Origin: Candidatus Peribacteria bacterium
GTDB taxonomy: Bacteria; Patescibacteriota; Gracilibacteria; Peribacterales; Peribacteraceae
NCBI GenBank assembly: GCA_943357915.1
Contig: CALRGQ010000001.1
Coordinates: 72,816-135,948 of the forward strand
Direction of reading: 5' to 3'
DNA: 63,133 nt
Shown here: one piece after another, positions 45,375 to 55,088 of the stretch
Position numbering within the stretch: position 1 is the stretch's first letter
Layout: each line of letters begins with the position of its first letter
Made by a program: the position numbers and the translations under genes
The notes under the pieces: generated by a model
The model's input: the letters and a program-made list of their open reading frames with translations, nothing else
What the model was told of the DNA's origin: nothing
Databases searched by the model: none

Positions 45375-47564
45375 TTATTTCGAGGCAAACGGAATAACGA
45401 GTGTGAATGTCGTATCTTTGCCTTCGGTACTCTCAAACATGAATGTAGCGCCGATCGTTTCGGCGGCGATCCGCGATATGTAGAGCCCGAGACCGTTGCC
45501 ATCCGTGTCCGATGTTTTTGCATTACTACCGCGGAAAAGCTTGAGACCAATTTGTTGTTTCTGCATATCAGGGATTCCTATGCCCGTGTTTGTGACGGAG
45601 AGCCTAAGGGTGCTTTCTGATGTGTCTTCGCTCAACCTCACGAAGATCGTGGATTTTGGGAAACTATACTTGATGGCATTGCTGACGAAGTTCTCCAGAA
45701 TAAGTTTGAGCAGACCTTGATCTGAGCGGATACTGATAATCCGCTTTGGCATATCAAACACCAGTCGCAGTTCCTTCTGTTGCAATTCAAGGTCAAATGA
45801 TGATGTGACGGTCTGCATCAGTTTTCCGAAATCGATAGTATCGGGACTGACTTGGAATTTTCCGAGTTCGATTCTCGACACGTTGAGCAGTGCGTTCACG
45901 AGGTGCACCATGCGCGTATTAGAATGTGCAACTTGGTCCACGTACTCATGTTGGGCGACGCTGAGCACACCGGCATCCTCAGAAAGGAGCATTTCCAAAT
46001 ACCAGCGCATGGACGAGAGAGGTGTACGCAGCTGGTGGCTCACGAGTGAGATAAATTCTGATTTCATGTGATCGATACGGCGCTCCTCGGTGACGTCACG
46101 AATTACCGCGACGCTGCCAAAGCATCTTTTTCCCTTTAGGATCGGCGTGACACGGATTTGGAATGCAGTCTGCGTGCCATCCTGTTTTCTGAGGGTTAGT
46201 TGTGGATCCTTCGCGGGTCGGAATGGAGCAGACGTGCTTAGAACCTCGGTGATAGGATGTTTCTTTGGATCCAGAATATTTCCGTCTTTGTCCGCGATAA
46301 CTAAGACCTGCTCTGCTGTTTTTCCAAGAGCATCTTTTCTACTGGTAAGGTTTTCGGCCATTTCGTTCATGTATGTGATGATGCCATCCGTATTCGTCAC
46401 GACCAGACCGTCGTCCATACTCTGCAAAATTGCAGCGTCTTCGGCATGTTGTTTCTGAAGTTCCTGTGTTCGCTCGGCGACAAGTGATTCCAGATGTTCA
46501 TGTGCTTTACGCAGTCGTTTTGTTAGTTCATCAGCGGCACTGTCCACAATTTCAAGTTCATTTCCCGTAAAAATAGACCGCTCAAATCTCCATCGTTTCG
46601 TCTCCAGCCCGTCGATCTTTTTTGTCAGTTCTTCCAATGGTCCGACAATACGACGGCCGAGTAAATACATCGAGAATGAAAGAAAGACAATGATCATGAA
46701 GCCGCTACCAGCTAGTTGCATGGCGAGTCGGATGGTTGGGGACTGCACTTCATAGAGGTCTACTTTGGCGATGACAGCCCAGCCAAGAGTCGGGATTGAG
46801 CGGTACGATGCGAGTACGGGAATGCCCGAGTAATCAACTGTTTCAATGATGCCTTCATTACCAGACAATGCATCATGGATCATAGATCCTGCCCCCTGCT
46901 CCGTATCGAGCACCGGCATGATGTGGCCGGACGTATCATCGGCGCGGAGAACAAGTTCCTCATTTTCGAGTGACGTTGCTAACAGTATCTCCATCGTCTT
47001 GGATGCGGAATCGGCATTGAGAGTGAGAGCAGCAAGTCCGGTAGCATCAAATATGGCGATGAGTGTGCCGATTCTCACGGTGCCATTCATGCGTGGAGCC
47101 GTGATGATATAGAGTGTCCATCCTTCTTTGGTCACGATCGGCCGGAAAAAAGTACCTTCATGCTGATACATAGTTTGCAATATGTCTTTTGTGATCGGCA
47201 GTTCATTTTTTTCACCCGCAATCACCGTTATATTCTCATCATCATCAACTTGTAGCAGCTGCCTAAAGCCGAGAAGCGTGGTCACAGATTGTACATTTCT
47301 CAATGTCTGAGCTCGTCCGAGAGTCGATAGTTGTTCGCGCTGACGAGATACCGTGGATTCCAGGAGAGCTTCTTTTCCTTCTGTCATTGATTGGAGCTGT
47401 GCAATCGTCTGAACCTTCAATTCGTTCCATGAGAGGAAGAATGCGACGGTCGATATCGATAGTACTGTGATGGACAGCAGTACAAATGACTCAAAAAATA
47501 GTGTCGTGCGAAGCGATGAACGCCATACGTTTCGCCGGTGCTCAGCTTGATTTTTTGAAATCAT
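45375..47564 (-). CDS. Sensor histidine kinase (Cache-like, HAMP, PAS, HisKA, HATPase)
   Basis: Two TM segments, SHQLRTPL H-box, NFVSNAIKYS, GIGIP and GNGLGL motifs. Confidence 0.95.
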   Translation of the reverse strand: MISKNQAEHRRNVWRSSLRTTLFFESFVLLSITVLSISTVAFFLSWNELKVQTIAQLQSMTEGKEALLESTVSRQREQLSTLGRAQTLRNVQSVTTLLGFRQLLQVDDDENITVIAGEKNELPITKDILQTMYQHEGTFFRPIVTKEGWTLYIITAPRMNGTVRIGTLIAIFDATGLAALTLNADSASKTMEILLATSLENEELVLRADDTSGHIMPVLDTEQGAGSMIHDALSGNEGIIETVDYSGIPVLASYRSIPTLGWAVIAKVDLYEVQSPTIRLAMQLAGSGFMIIVFLSFSMYLLGRRIVGPLEELTKKIDGLETKRWRFERSIFTGNELEIVDSAADELTKRLRKAHEHLESLVAERTQELQKQHAEDAAILQSMDDGLVVTNTDGIITYMNEMAENLTSRKDALGKTAEQVLVIADKDGNILDPKKHPITEVLSTSAPFRPAKDPQLTLRKQDGTQTAFQIRVTPILKGKRCFGSVAVIRDVTEERRIDHMKSEFISLVSHQLRTPLSSMRWYLEMLLSEDAGVLSVAQHEYVDQVAHSNTRMVHLVNALLNVSRIELGKFQVSPDTIDFGKLMQTVTSSFDLELQQKELRLVFDMPKRIISIRSDQGLLKLILENFVSNAIKYSFPKSTIFVRLSEDTSESTLRLSVTNTGIGIPDMQKQQIGLKLFRGSNAKTSDTDGNGLGLYISRIAAETIGATFMFESTEGKDTTFTLVIPFASK

Positions 47565-47620
47565 AGGAATCTCTTTATTTTAGCATATTTCAGCCATTTT
47601 CTCAATATGATGATAGCTTC

Positions 47621-47653
47621 AAAAAAAGCCCCTCTCAGGTAGAGGGGCTTTTT
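47621..47653. terminator. Intrinsic terminator after the major pilin gene (bidirectional form)
   Basis: A7-GCCCCTCT-CAGGT-AGAGGGGC-T5. Confidence 0.9.
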
Positions 47654-47670
47654 CTTAGCTTTTGAATGCC

Positions 47671-48117
47671 TTAGCGTGTGACGGAGATAACCTTACCTTG
47701 CTCTGCGTCAGGAGCAGCGACAGTGATGCGGTTACCAGTCTTCTTAATCGTATAGTCCGTGGACGTTGTACTGAGTGACTTTGGATCATTAGGGATAGCG
47801 ACGACATACGAACCAGTGAGGACGTTCAGGTTAACTAAACTATTTGTTGTGCAATCGACGTTCACACCGCTGCGGCAGATTTCCGTTTCGGTCACGGTAA
47901 TATCTGGAGGCAGGTTACCGTTATTGTCGATCGAATACTGGTACACGGCGTTCAAGATCGTGGACACGTCAGACTGCCTTTGAGTGTTACGTGCATCACC
48001 CAACTGTTTCGTAGGGTTGATGGCAACGATCACAATTGCAGCGAGGATCGCGATGATACCGATGACGAGCAAAAGCTCGATGAGCGTGAAGCCACGCTTC
48101 AGTGAGGAAAGGGACAT
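47671..48117 (-). CDS. Type IV pilin, probable major pilin
   Basis: KRG/FTLIELLLVIGIIAILAAIVIVAINP class III signal; has its own strong terminator. Confidence 0.93.
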   Translation of the reverse strand: MSLSSLKRGFTLIELLLVIGIIAILAAIVIVAINPTKQLGDARNTQRQSDVSTILNAVYQYSIDNNGNLPPDITVTETEICRSGVNVDCTTNSLVNLNVLTGSYVVAIPNDPKSLSTTSTDYTIKKTGNRITVAAPDAEQGKVISVTR

Positions 48118-48273
48118 AAAATTTGGAGAGGAAGGGAAGGGCACGGAGGAATCTCCGTGTCGCAGGAAGACAGTGTAGCAAGGCGCATTTATTTTCTAAG
48201 AATACCGCTACAAATCAGCTTGATTTTTTGACAATTCACACAATAAACAGTCCCTGTTTTTTGATGTTATTTT

Positions 48274-48894
48274 TCAGCAAGCAATCACGATATCGGACTG
48301 TTCGCAGATGCCATTATTACAGTGGTACCAGATGTATTGGTTATTTGTACACACAGGTGCAGCGCAGTTCCCACATCCTCCTCCCTCACTTTGATCATCA
48401 GGATAGAGCGTCACCGTAGCGCTGAAACGGCGAGAGTAGAATATTGGTACGATGGTCGGGATTGTCGTCATGAGATCAAATGAGTAGGCCACATTCGCAT
48501 CGTTCACGTTGCGAAATAAAAGGTTGGATATTGTTACCTGAGATGTCAGTAGCCCGGCGGTGGAAGTCTTGTGTACGTTGATAAGATTGTTTGATTCGTC
48601 CTTTGCGAACATCGTGGGGTATTCGCTATTACTTGCCATTTGCAGACTGAGAATACTGCCAGTTGTGTTTGTCATCGGAGCCAATATTTTTTCTGCACGG
48701 CGAATATTTTTTGTCATCATCTCCAGTACTCGCGTACCGGTCTGCTCCACTTCAGCAACAGATCTCTGACGAATACGGGCTTCTTGTGTCGAGATGTACG
48801 CGGCGACGAGCGTACCGCTCATGATCGACAAAATTCCGATGAAGAGTGCGGTCTCCAGAAGTGAAAAGCCGTCGCGTGTGAGATTCGTCTTCAT
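48274..48894 (-). CDS. Minor pilin (PilW-like) with Cys-rich C-terminus
   Basis: RDG/FSLLETALFIGIL signal; six Cys in the last 35 aa. Confidence 0.85.
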   Translation of the reverse strand: MKTNLTRDGFSLLETALFIGILSIMSGTLVAAYISTQEARIRQRSVAEVEQTGTRVLEMMTKNIRRAEKILAPMTNTTGSILSLQMASNSEYPTMFAKDESNNLINVHKTSTAGLLTSQVTISNLLFRNVNDANVAYSFDLMTTIPTIVPIFYSRRFSATVTLYPDDQSEGGGCGNCAAPVCTNNQYIWYHCNNGICEQSDIVIAC

Positions 48895-49388
48895 TGACAC
48901 AGTGAGAAGACCGAGACTTCCTGCCACGAATATATTTTTGTTTCCGGCAGAATTTGATTGATCACAATTTCAAGCCGACGGACGGAGTCACCCACCTTTC
49001 CTTCGGTGCACAGAACACGGTTGTTATTACCGATGCCGCCAATAGAAAGTATTTCGCATTGTTGCGTACCAATCGTCAGAAACTCGTTGCCAGCGTATGA
49101 CGGTGATTGGCGTAGCTTCAGGAGACCATAGTCAGCGCATCCCTGAGCGTTCGCCAACGCATGGTTTGATTCGGTGATCGAGAGACTGACCTGGTTTGCC
49201 GAAATGCCGAGGATGAGTAACGACGAGACGATAACTGATCCAATAGCTCCGATCACGAGAACTGTGACCAGTAGAATGTAGCCGGGAGAGGAGTGAAACG
49301 TGAAAAGTGAAAAGTGAAAAGTGATTGTATGCAGAGCATCTTTATAGAATTTGACAGCCCGATGGATAAAAGAGAAACGGATCATCAT
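48891..49388 (-). CDS. Minor pilin (PilX-like)
   Basis: PG/YILLVTVLVIG without Glu5, A.A.AQGC and SWQEV C-terminus. Confidence 0.8.
   Translation of the reverse strand: MMIRFSFIHRAVKFYKDALHTITFHFSLFTFHSSPGYILLVTVLVIGAIGSVIVSSLLILGISANQVSLSITESNHALANAQGCADYGLLKLRQSPSYAGNEFLTIGTQQCEILSIGGIGNNNRVLCTEGKVGDSVRRLEIVINQILPETKIYSWQEVSVFSLCQ
49293..49324. repeat. Heptamer tandem repeat GTGAAAA x4.5 in the PilX-like leader
   Basis: Encodes FHFSLFTFH. The same unit (TTTTCAC) occurs at 33540-33567. Confidence 0.8.
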
Positions 49389-50869
49389 CCGGGTGCGAAG
49401 ACGTAGAGAGAAGAAGAGGATATTGCGAACATACGGTCAGTTTGCCAGTCATAGACCAGTCCGTGGATTGTCGATTCTGTATCGTAGTTTTTCACGACCG
49501 GTCCGGCGCCTTGTGCAAATTGTATAAGATCAAGCACACGAATTTGATTGCTGGTCATACTGCCGCCGATGAACGCATATTTATTGCCGTAAATTGTAGC
49601 GATTGTTCGTATGTCCCCATCTGTTTCCAGTGTCCAAGGCCCGGGAGGGGGGCTTGGCACAGGGGAGAGGCCAATGTCGTACAATGTGAGTTCAGAAATC
49701 GTCGAGCCCTGTAACCGTCCGATGAGTGCGGAGGTCCCACTTATTGCCATGACGTTTCCATCCTGCGTGTCAGGCATATCGATGCCTACACCCGGCGCAA
49801 AGACCATGTTTTCAGGATCAAAAATATCAACGACGTGGAATTCGCCGACGTTGTACGAATTCGCTAGGTACGCATAACCGTTCTGGAGAGCGAGACCAAG
49901 AACACTACCGCTCACATTGAGGGAACTCAAAAGCGTCATGGGGTTGGTTTCACTCATTTGTACTGCCGTGAGCTGGTCGTTAATGGCATCGTCTAATGCC
50001 CCCACAAAGACGTGACTGCCGTAGATCGCGATACTGCGGGCCTTACCGTCTCCTGCTAGATCGAAACTGTTGATCAGGTTTCCGGTCGTGAGGTTCGTCG
50101 GATCGGTGATGTCATAGACTTGCACTTCTTTCGTCGTATCGTTGGTCGCGATATACAGACGGTTATCGACCGCCGTGATGCCATATGCAGAGGCACCGAG
50201 ATCAAAAGAACTCGCGACACGTACGGGACTCGCAGGATTGCTGACGTTGAAAATATAGAGACCTGTGTCACCGGGGGCTTGCGTACTTGTTACGTATGCA
50301 AACATGCCACTGATCGCAATACTGTGAAAATCCGGGGAGCCGCTGATCGTTGATTCTGCGATTTTTGTCATCGATGCCCAGTTACCGACGGTTGCAATTT
50401 TCTGCCAGTCTGTCAGTTGTGTTGTCAGCAATACCGACCCTGACCGTGTGTTGCCGAAATTCCATGTCACATTGGATTCAACCTCCAGCCAGTCTGTGCC
50501 TTTGGACGTCACAGTGACCCATGATGTATAACCGTTATTGTTGACGAGCGTGCCAGACCAGCTCCAGCCACTGGCGTTCAGTTTCAGTCCATGATCACCA
50601 GTTGTGACGGATGCAAAGCTTACGGTTCGCATTTGACGCACGGCTTCCAACTGCTGTTCTGCAAGAAAAGCAGCACGGGTTCGGTCACCACCTGCCGTTG
50701 TCGATCGTTCACCAAGAACGAGTGAAAGTCCGATGCCACCGAGAAAGACCGCAAAAATGGCAATGGCAAGAATTGCTTCCAGAAGAAGACTTCCGTGGTG
50801 CATTCCTGAAGAGGGCGGTAGAGAAACCACCCTCTTCTTTTTCTTTTCTGTATACAATCTGACGGACAT
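49385..50869 (-). CDS. Minor pilin (PilV-like) with C-terminal LVIVD-like beta-propeller repeats
   Basis: HG/SLLLEAILAIAIF signal; repeats such as GMFAYV...GLYIFNVSNP, RLYIA...VQVYDITDP and GYAYLA...FHVVDIFDP. Confidence 0.85.
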   Translation of the reverse strand: MSVRLYTEKKKKRVVSLPPSSGMHHGSLLLEAILAIAIFAVFLGGIGLSLVLGERSTTAGGDRTRAAFLAEQQLEAVRQMRTVSFASVTTGDHGLKLNASGWSWSGTLVNNNGYTSWVTVTSKGTDWLEVESNVTWNFGNTRSGSVLLTTQLTDWQKIATVGNWASMTKIAESTISGSPDFHSIAISGMFAYVTSTQAPGDTGLYIFNVSNPASPVRVASSFDLGASAYGITAVDNRLYIATNDTTKEVQVYDITDPTNLTTGNLINSFDLAGDGKARSIAIYGSHVFVGALDDAINDQLTAVQMSETNPMTLLSSLNVSGSVLGLALQNGYAYLANSYNVGEFHVVDIFDPENMVFAPGVGIDMPDTQDGNVMAISGTSALIGRLQGSTISELTLYDIGLSPVPSPPPGPWTLETDGDIRTIATIYGNKYAFIGGSMTSNQIRVLDLIQFAQGAGPVVKNYDTESTIHGLVYDWQTDRMFAISSSSLYVFAPG

Positions 50870-50878
50870 GTCCTCAGT

Positions 50879-53791
50879 TTAGTCGTCTCTGCTTTCAGAA
50901 ACCATACGCAGCAGTGATTCACTACAGCCGAACTGACGAGATGTCGTCACGTAAAATGAGAACAGATTTTTCATGGAGCGGTACAGAGACGGATACTCTG
51001 AGAAACGGTTATAGCCTTTCTCCTCGATGGCATCCAAAAGCTGTGCACAGCTGCAGCCACGCGTGTCTTCCAGAGTGTAGTCACTGATGGTTCTACGTGG
51101 GCCTGTGCGGAACACAGGAATCTTTTTTACATTTCCGCGGGCTCCAGTGAGAGCGTAACGGTCGAATGTCATGTATTCAGTCGGTACTGATTCCGGAACG
51201 GCGGTGCTAAACGGGCACAAGTCATCGCTGTTCTTGATGCCGTCTTGGTCCGTATCTTCGTTGTCTGATACCGATGATGAACTACTTGACGATGAAGAGG
51301 AGGAAGACGATGACGAACTGGAACTACTCGACGATGCACAACTTCCTAATGATGCCGGGCGATCGACTGAGATAATGGCGACCGCATCATGATACCTGGC
51401 TTTGGTTGCATTGCCGATTTCGACCATATATACAACGTCGTGGCTCGTAAGTTTCACTTTGGCGCTGTCATCAAGCAGGTCTCGGAGGTACTTTTTCATC
51501 TCACCGCTTGCGAGGAGGCCAGAGAGCCCGCTAAAGGTCTGGTTCGCCTGGACGACTCGCACGCGTGCATCATTGCGTCCCGATACGACGGTACGATTAA
51601 AGACCCATGAGTAACGGCCGGTGAATTCCAGCATGATTTTACTGCCGGACGGAACGTCTCTGAGTACCGTGAGTTCATTGCCGCGGAGACTTCGGTAACT
51701 ATTGAGCTGCTGCCATGACACTCCGTCATTGAGTGAGATTCTGGCGCGTACATCAATACGTGGCCCTCGTTCTCCGTAGGTCACTTCAGATCCTGCGATC
51801 TTCACTGTAATGTCAGCCATACCCTGGAGTGTTAGTAAGCCGCTTGCATTCACTGTATAGGGCACTGCACACGCGTCGACGACGGGCACAGAAGAAGAGC
51901 TGGAGGATGAGCTGGACGAGCTAGAAGAACTGGATGACGAACTGGCGTCACTGGGATTTCCTTCGGCCCAATAGAGAATCACACCGTCGTCTTCGGTTAT
52001 GACTCGTGTCTTGAATGTCATAAATTTGACGTTCGGACCTGCAACAAATTCATCGCCATCCGACGTGTCGTTCACGATGCCATCTGTCGGATTTTCCGAC
52101 GCGTCTTGATCAACCTCGTTTACTGTGGAGGTGATGTACGCATGATTAAATTTTACATCGATATCAGCGATCTCTTTGCCGCTGCTGTTTGCATGTGATC
52201 CATGATTACGAATGCGAATCCAGCCATTGCCACGCTCAAAGGCAATGCCTTTCACATCTTCTACGATACCGTTATCAATAATCGTGATCCCATTTTTATC
52301 TTTGAGTGGGATCCACTGGTTCTCTGTGAAGGCCACGGAATTCGGCCCGCCGTAGATTGCCTTCCTCAGGTCACCGTTACCGGTATTTTCCATGCGATCG
52401 AAATGCAATTTCACACGCGCTTTGGAAGAATCCGTACATGTCTGTGGTTTTTCCGTGAATGTCACGAGGACGACAGCGTCTTGGAAGTCCGAAGATCTCT
52501 GGTCAAGTGTGCCAAGTTCTACCAAGAACAGGACGTCTCTGGGGCCGATACTCACTTTGCCCTTGGAATCAATGACGTTTTTGAGAAAGGATTCGAGCGA
52601 CTGTTGGTTATCAAATGGGGCATATCGCGGTACTGAATCACCATTTCTCAAAGCGTAGGTGTGACCATCGTTCGCATTCGATGTGTATGTTTTATTAAAG
52701 AGCCATGAGTAGCGGCCATGAAAGCGCAGAACGATCGGCGTGCCGTCGGGAAGATTCGTCAGCGTCTGCGTTTCATTGCCCAGAACTGCCTTGCCTCCAA
52801 AGAGATCCGCCCATTCCGTTCCGTCATTCGTGGACGCAGAAACACGAACGTCAACTTTTGGTCCACCGGCACCGTAGGTAATTGAAGAGCCGAGCACTTT
52901 TACTTTGACATCATTCGTACCTGCAGTCTTTAGATTTGCGCCATTCCCCAGTGAAAAACGGACATCACATGGGAGTTCTCCTCCACCTGTACCTCCAGAC
53001 GTTTCTCCCCCCGTCGTACCGGATGTTTCTCCTTCGGTCGTTCCAGACGTCGTTCCAGATGTTTCTCCTTCGGTCGTTCCAGACGTCGTTCCTGATGCCT
53101 CCCCCTCAGTCGTTCCCGAAGTCGTACCGGATGCTTCTCCTTCGGTCGTTCCAGACGTCGTTCCTGATGTCTCCCCCTCAGTCGTTCCCGAAGTCGTACC
53201 GGATGTTTCTCCTTCGGTCGTACCCGAAGTCGTTCCTGATGTTGTACCTGCTGTATTACCTCCGGTTGAGCCGACGCCGCTACAGAAACCTTTCAAAACC
53301 TTGCTCACTTTGAGAATACCATTATTGTCGATAGTGATCGTCCGATACGCATCGGTGGCCACGGAATACACGCAGGTTGTGCCAGTGGCGTTTGGGAGAC
53401 CGCTGACGCGGGCAAATGATACTTCTGACAGACCGTCTATTTCGATGTTTCCAGGAAGCGGGAAACTGACGTCCTTTTCGCTGCTTCTGGATGCATAGTC
53501 CTCACCTGCGTAGAGTGTGCCGTCTGGAAAATAGACTCCCCATGTGGAATCAAATTTCCCCGTCTGCGACAGTGTTTGCGCTGTTCGTACGGCTTGGACC
53601 AAGTGTTCCGTTGCAGTATCCAGATCCGTGTAGATCTGAAACTGTCGATACATCGGGATGGTGATGCCTGCCGTTACCGCCATGAGGCCGATGGTGAGCA
53701 TGAGTTCAATTGCCGTAAATCCACGTCCGAAGATACGGATGCGCTTCGGCTTTGCGTGGAATTTTGCAGCATGCTTCTTGACGGTAGCCAT
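50879..53791 (-). CDS. Giant pilin-like adhesin (about 970 aa)
   Basis: RG/FTAIELMLTIG signal, G/T/S/E repeat stalk, duplicated beta domain, two poly-Ser linkers and a DTDQDGIKNSDDLCP TSP3-like motif. Confidence 0.88.
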   Translation of the reverse strand: MATVKKHAAKFHAKPKRIRIFGRGFTAIELMLTIGLMAVTAGITIPMYRQFQIYTDLDTATEHLVQAVRTAQTLSQTGKFDSTWGVYFPDGTLYAGEDYASRSSEKDVSFPLPGNIEIDGLSEVSFARVSGLPNATGTTCVYSVATDAYRTITIDNNGILKVSKVLKGFCSGVGSTGGNTAGTTSGTTSGTTEGETSGTTSGTTEGETSGTTSGTTEGEASGTTSGTTEGEASGTTSGTTEGETSGTTSGTTEGETSGTTGGETSGGTGGGELPCDVRFSLGNGANLKTAGTNDVKVKVLGSSITYGAGGPKVDVRVSASTNDGTEWADLFGGKAVLGNETQTLTNLPDGTPIVLRFHGRYSWLFNKTYTSNANDGHTYALRNGDSVPRYAPFDNQQSLESFLKNVIDSKGKVSIGPRDVLFLVELGTLDQRSSDFQDAVVLVTFTEKPQTCTDSSKARVKLHFDRMENTGNGDLRKAIYGGPNSVAFTENQWIPLKDKNGITIIDNGIVEDVKGIAFERGNGWIRIRNHGSHANSSGKEIADIDVKFNHAYITSTVNEVDQDASENPTDGIVNDTSDGDEFVAGPNVKFMTFKTRVITEDDGVILYWAEGNPSDASSSSSSSSSSSSSSSSSSVPVVDACAVPYTVNASGLLTLQGMADITVKIAGSEVTYGERGPRIDVRARISLNDGVSWQQLNSYRSLRGNELTVLRDVPSGSKIMLEFTGRYSWVFNRTVVSGRNDARVRVVQANQTFSGLSGLLASGEMKKYLRDLLDDSAKVKLTSHDVVYMVEIGNATKARYHDAVAIISVDRPASLGSCASSSSSSSSSSSSSSSSSSSSSVSDNEDTDQDGIKNSDDLCPFSTAVPESVPTEYMTFDRYALTGARGNVKKIPVFRTGPRRTISDYTLEDTRGCSCAQLLDAIEEKGYNRFSEYPSLYRSMKNLFSFYVTTSRQFGCSESLLRMVSESRDD
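53013..53249. repeat. Coding tandem repeat, 36 bp unit (GTTSGTTEGE[T/A]S), about 6 copies
   Basis: Repeating GTCGTTCC/GTCGTACC 12-mers, visible in both DNA and protein. Confidence 0.9.
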
Positions 53792-53819
53792 ACGAGATGA
53801 GGGAGAAATATAAAGATAT

Positions 53820-55088
53820 TTATTTACCAACATTTCCGACGATTGAGTAGATAGGAATGATAATAGACAGCGCAATAGTACCAACCAGTCCTCCAATAAA
53901 AAGAAGAAGCATTGGCTCCATAATAACAGGAAGACGTTGGGCGGCCTCCTCCGCTTTTCTTGCATAAATATCTGAGATCCGCATAAGCATGTCTGATATT
54001 CTACCCGATTTTTCGCCCGTGATGATAAGTTGCTGGACAGAAGCGGGTAGAAGTTTTTTTGTGTCTTTTATCGACGTAAATGCTGCGCTAAAAGATTGGC
54101 CAACTTCGATCTCGTTTGCGAGCTTGAGATAAAACTCTCGGTAGAAGATGGTATCTGTGACGTGGGCCATCGAGCGGATAGACTCGACGATCGGCACTCC
54201 CGCTTTCAGAAGACTGCCTAATATCACGCCAAAACGTGCAATTGTCGCAGCTCGTGCCATCGTCCCGATACCAGGGGTTTTAAAAATACATCGCTGTGCC
54301 GGACCACGGAGTCTTGTAAAACGACAGATCAGAAATATAAATACAAATCCGGCGACTGTAAGGGGGACAGCGACAGAACCATTTTTTTTGAAAAAATCGG
54401 CGATAAAAATAATGATGCGAGTACTGAGCGGGAGCTCGGCATTGAGTGTCAGAAGCACGTCCACAAGTTTTGGTAGCACGAACCATGAAAGGCCAAGTGT
54501 GATGCCGACAGTGAGCGTGAGCACGATTGTTGGATAGATCATGGCCATCTGCACTTTTGACCGAAGTGCACGATCCTTCTCTTGCTGTACCGACAGATAC
54601 TCCATGTTTTTACTCAGAGCTCCGGATTCCTCACCGATGCGGATGAGAGCAAGCGCGTACGTTGAGAAAAAGTTCTGGTGATCCATAGACATCCACAGCG
54701 GGATACCACTCTCTACTTCATCAATAATACGGCTCACTATTTTTTTCATCGGTTTTACGCGGATCTCAAGCTGAATTGTTTTGAGTGCATCCACGACGGA
54801 GAGGCCGGAGTTGAGAAGAATAGCGAGATTTTCGATGAAGTGAGCTTTCTCTCGGCCGAGTCCGAAACTAGCAAACATACCGGCGATCTGCTTCATGCCA
54901 GACTTTTGCTGTGTCCGAGAACTGTCTGTGGATACGATAGCCTCCTTCGTTTTTTTTATGGACGCCGTGACGGAATTCTTCTCTTGTTGCACAGCCGGAG
55001 CCTCCGCTTTTGTGGCTGTGTCGGGAACCAGAACTCCCAGTAATTTTTCGGGTTCTTTACTCGCCTGCGGACTAGAGGGTGTTGGCAT
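53820..55088 (-). CDS. pilC: Type IV pilus platform protein (PilC/GspF)
   Basis: NLAILLNSGL, IGEESG.L, AMIYP, GEKSG and EPMLLLFIG motifs. Confidence 0.93.
   Translation of the reverse strand: MPTPSSPQASKEPEKLLGVLVPDTATKAEAPAVQQEKNSVTASIKKTKEAIVSTDSSRTQQKSGMKQIAGMFASFGLGREKAHFIENLAILLNSGLSVVDALKTIQLEIRVKPMKKIVSRIIDEVESGIPLWMSMDHQNFFSTYALALIRIGEESGALSKNMEYLSVQQEKDRALRSKVQMAMIYPTIVLTLTVGITLGLSWFVLPKLVDVLLTLNAELPLSTRIIIFIADFFKKNGSVAVPLTVAGFVFIFLICRFTRLRGPAQRCIFKTPGIGTMARAATIARFGVILGSLLKAGVPIVESIRSMAHVTDTIFYREFYLKLANEIEVGQSFSAAFTSIKDTKKLLPASVQQLIITGEKSGRISDMLMRISDIYARKAEEAAQRLPVIMEPMLLLFIGGLVGTIALSIIIPIYSIVGNVGK

Noticed and set aside
53013-53249. CRISPR array (36 bp periodicity)
   Set aside because: The units are contiguous without unique spacers and encode an in-frame G/T/S/E linker. 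No cas genes are in the window.
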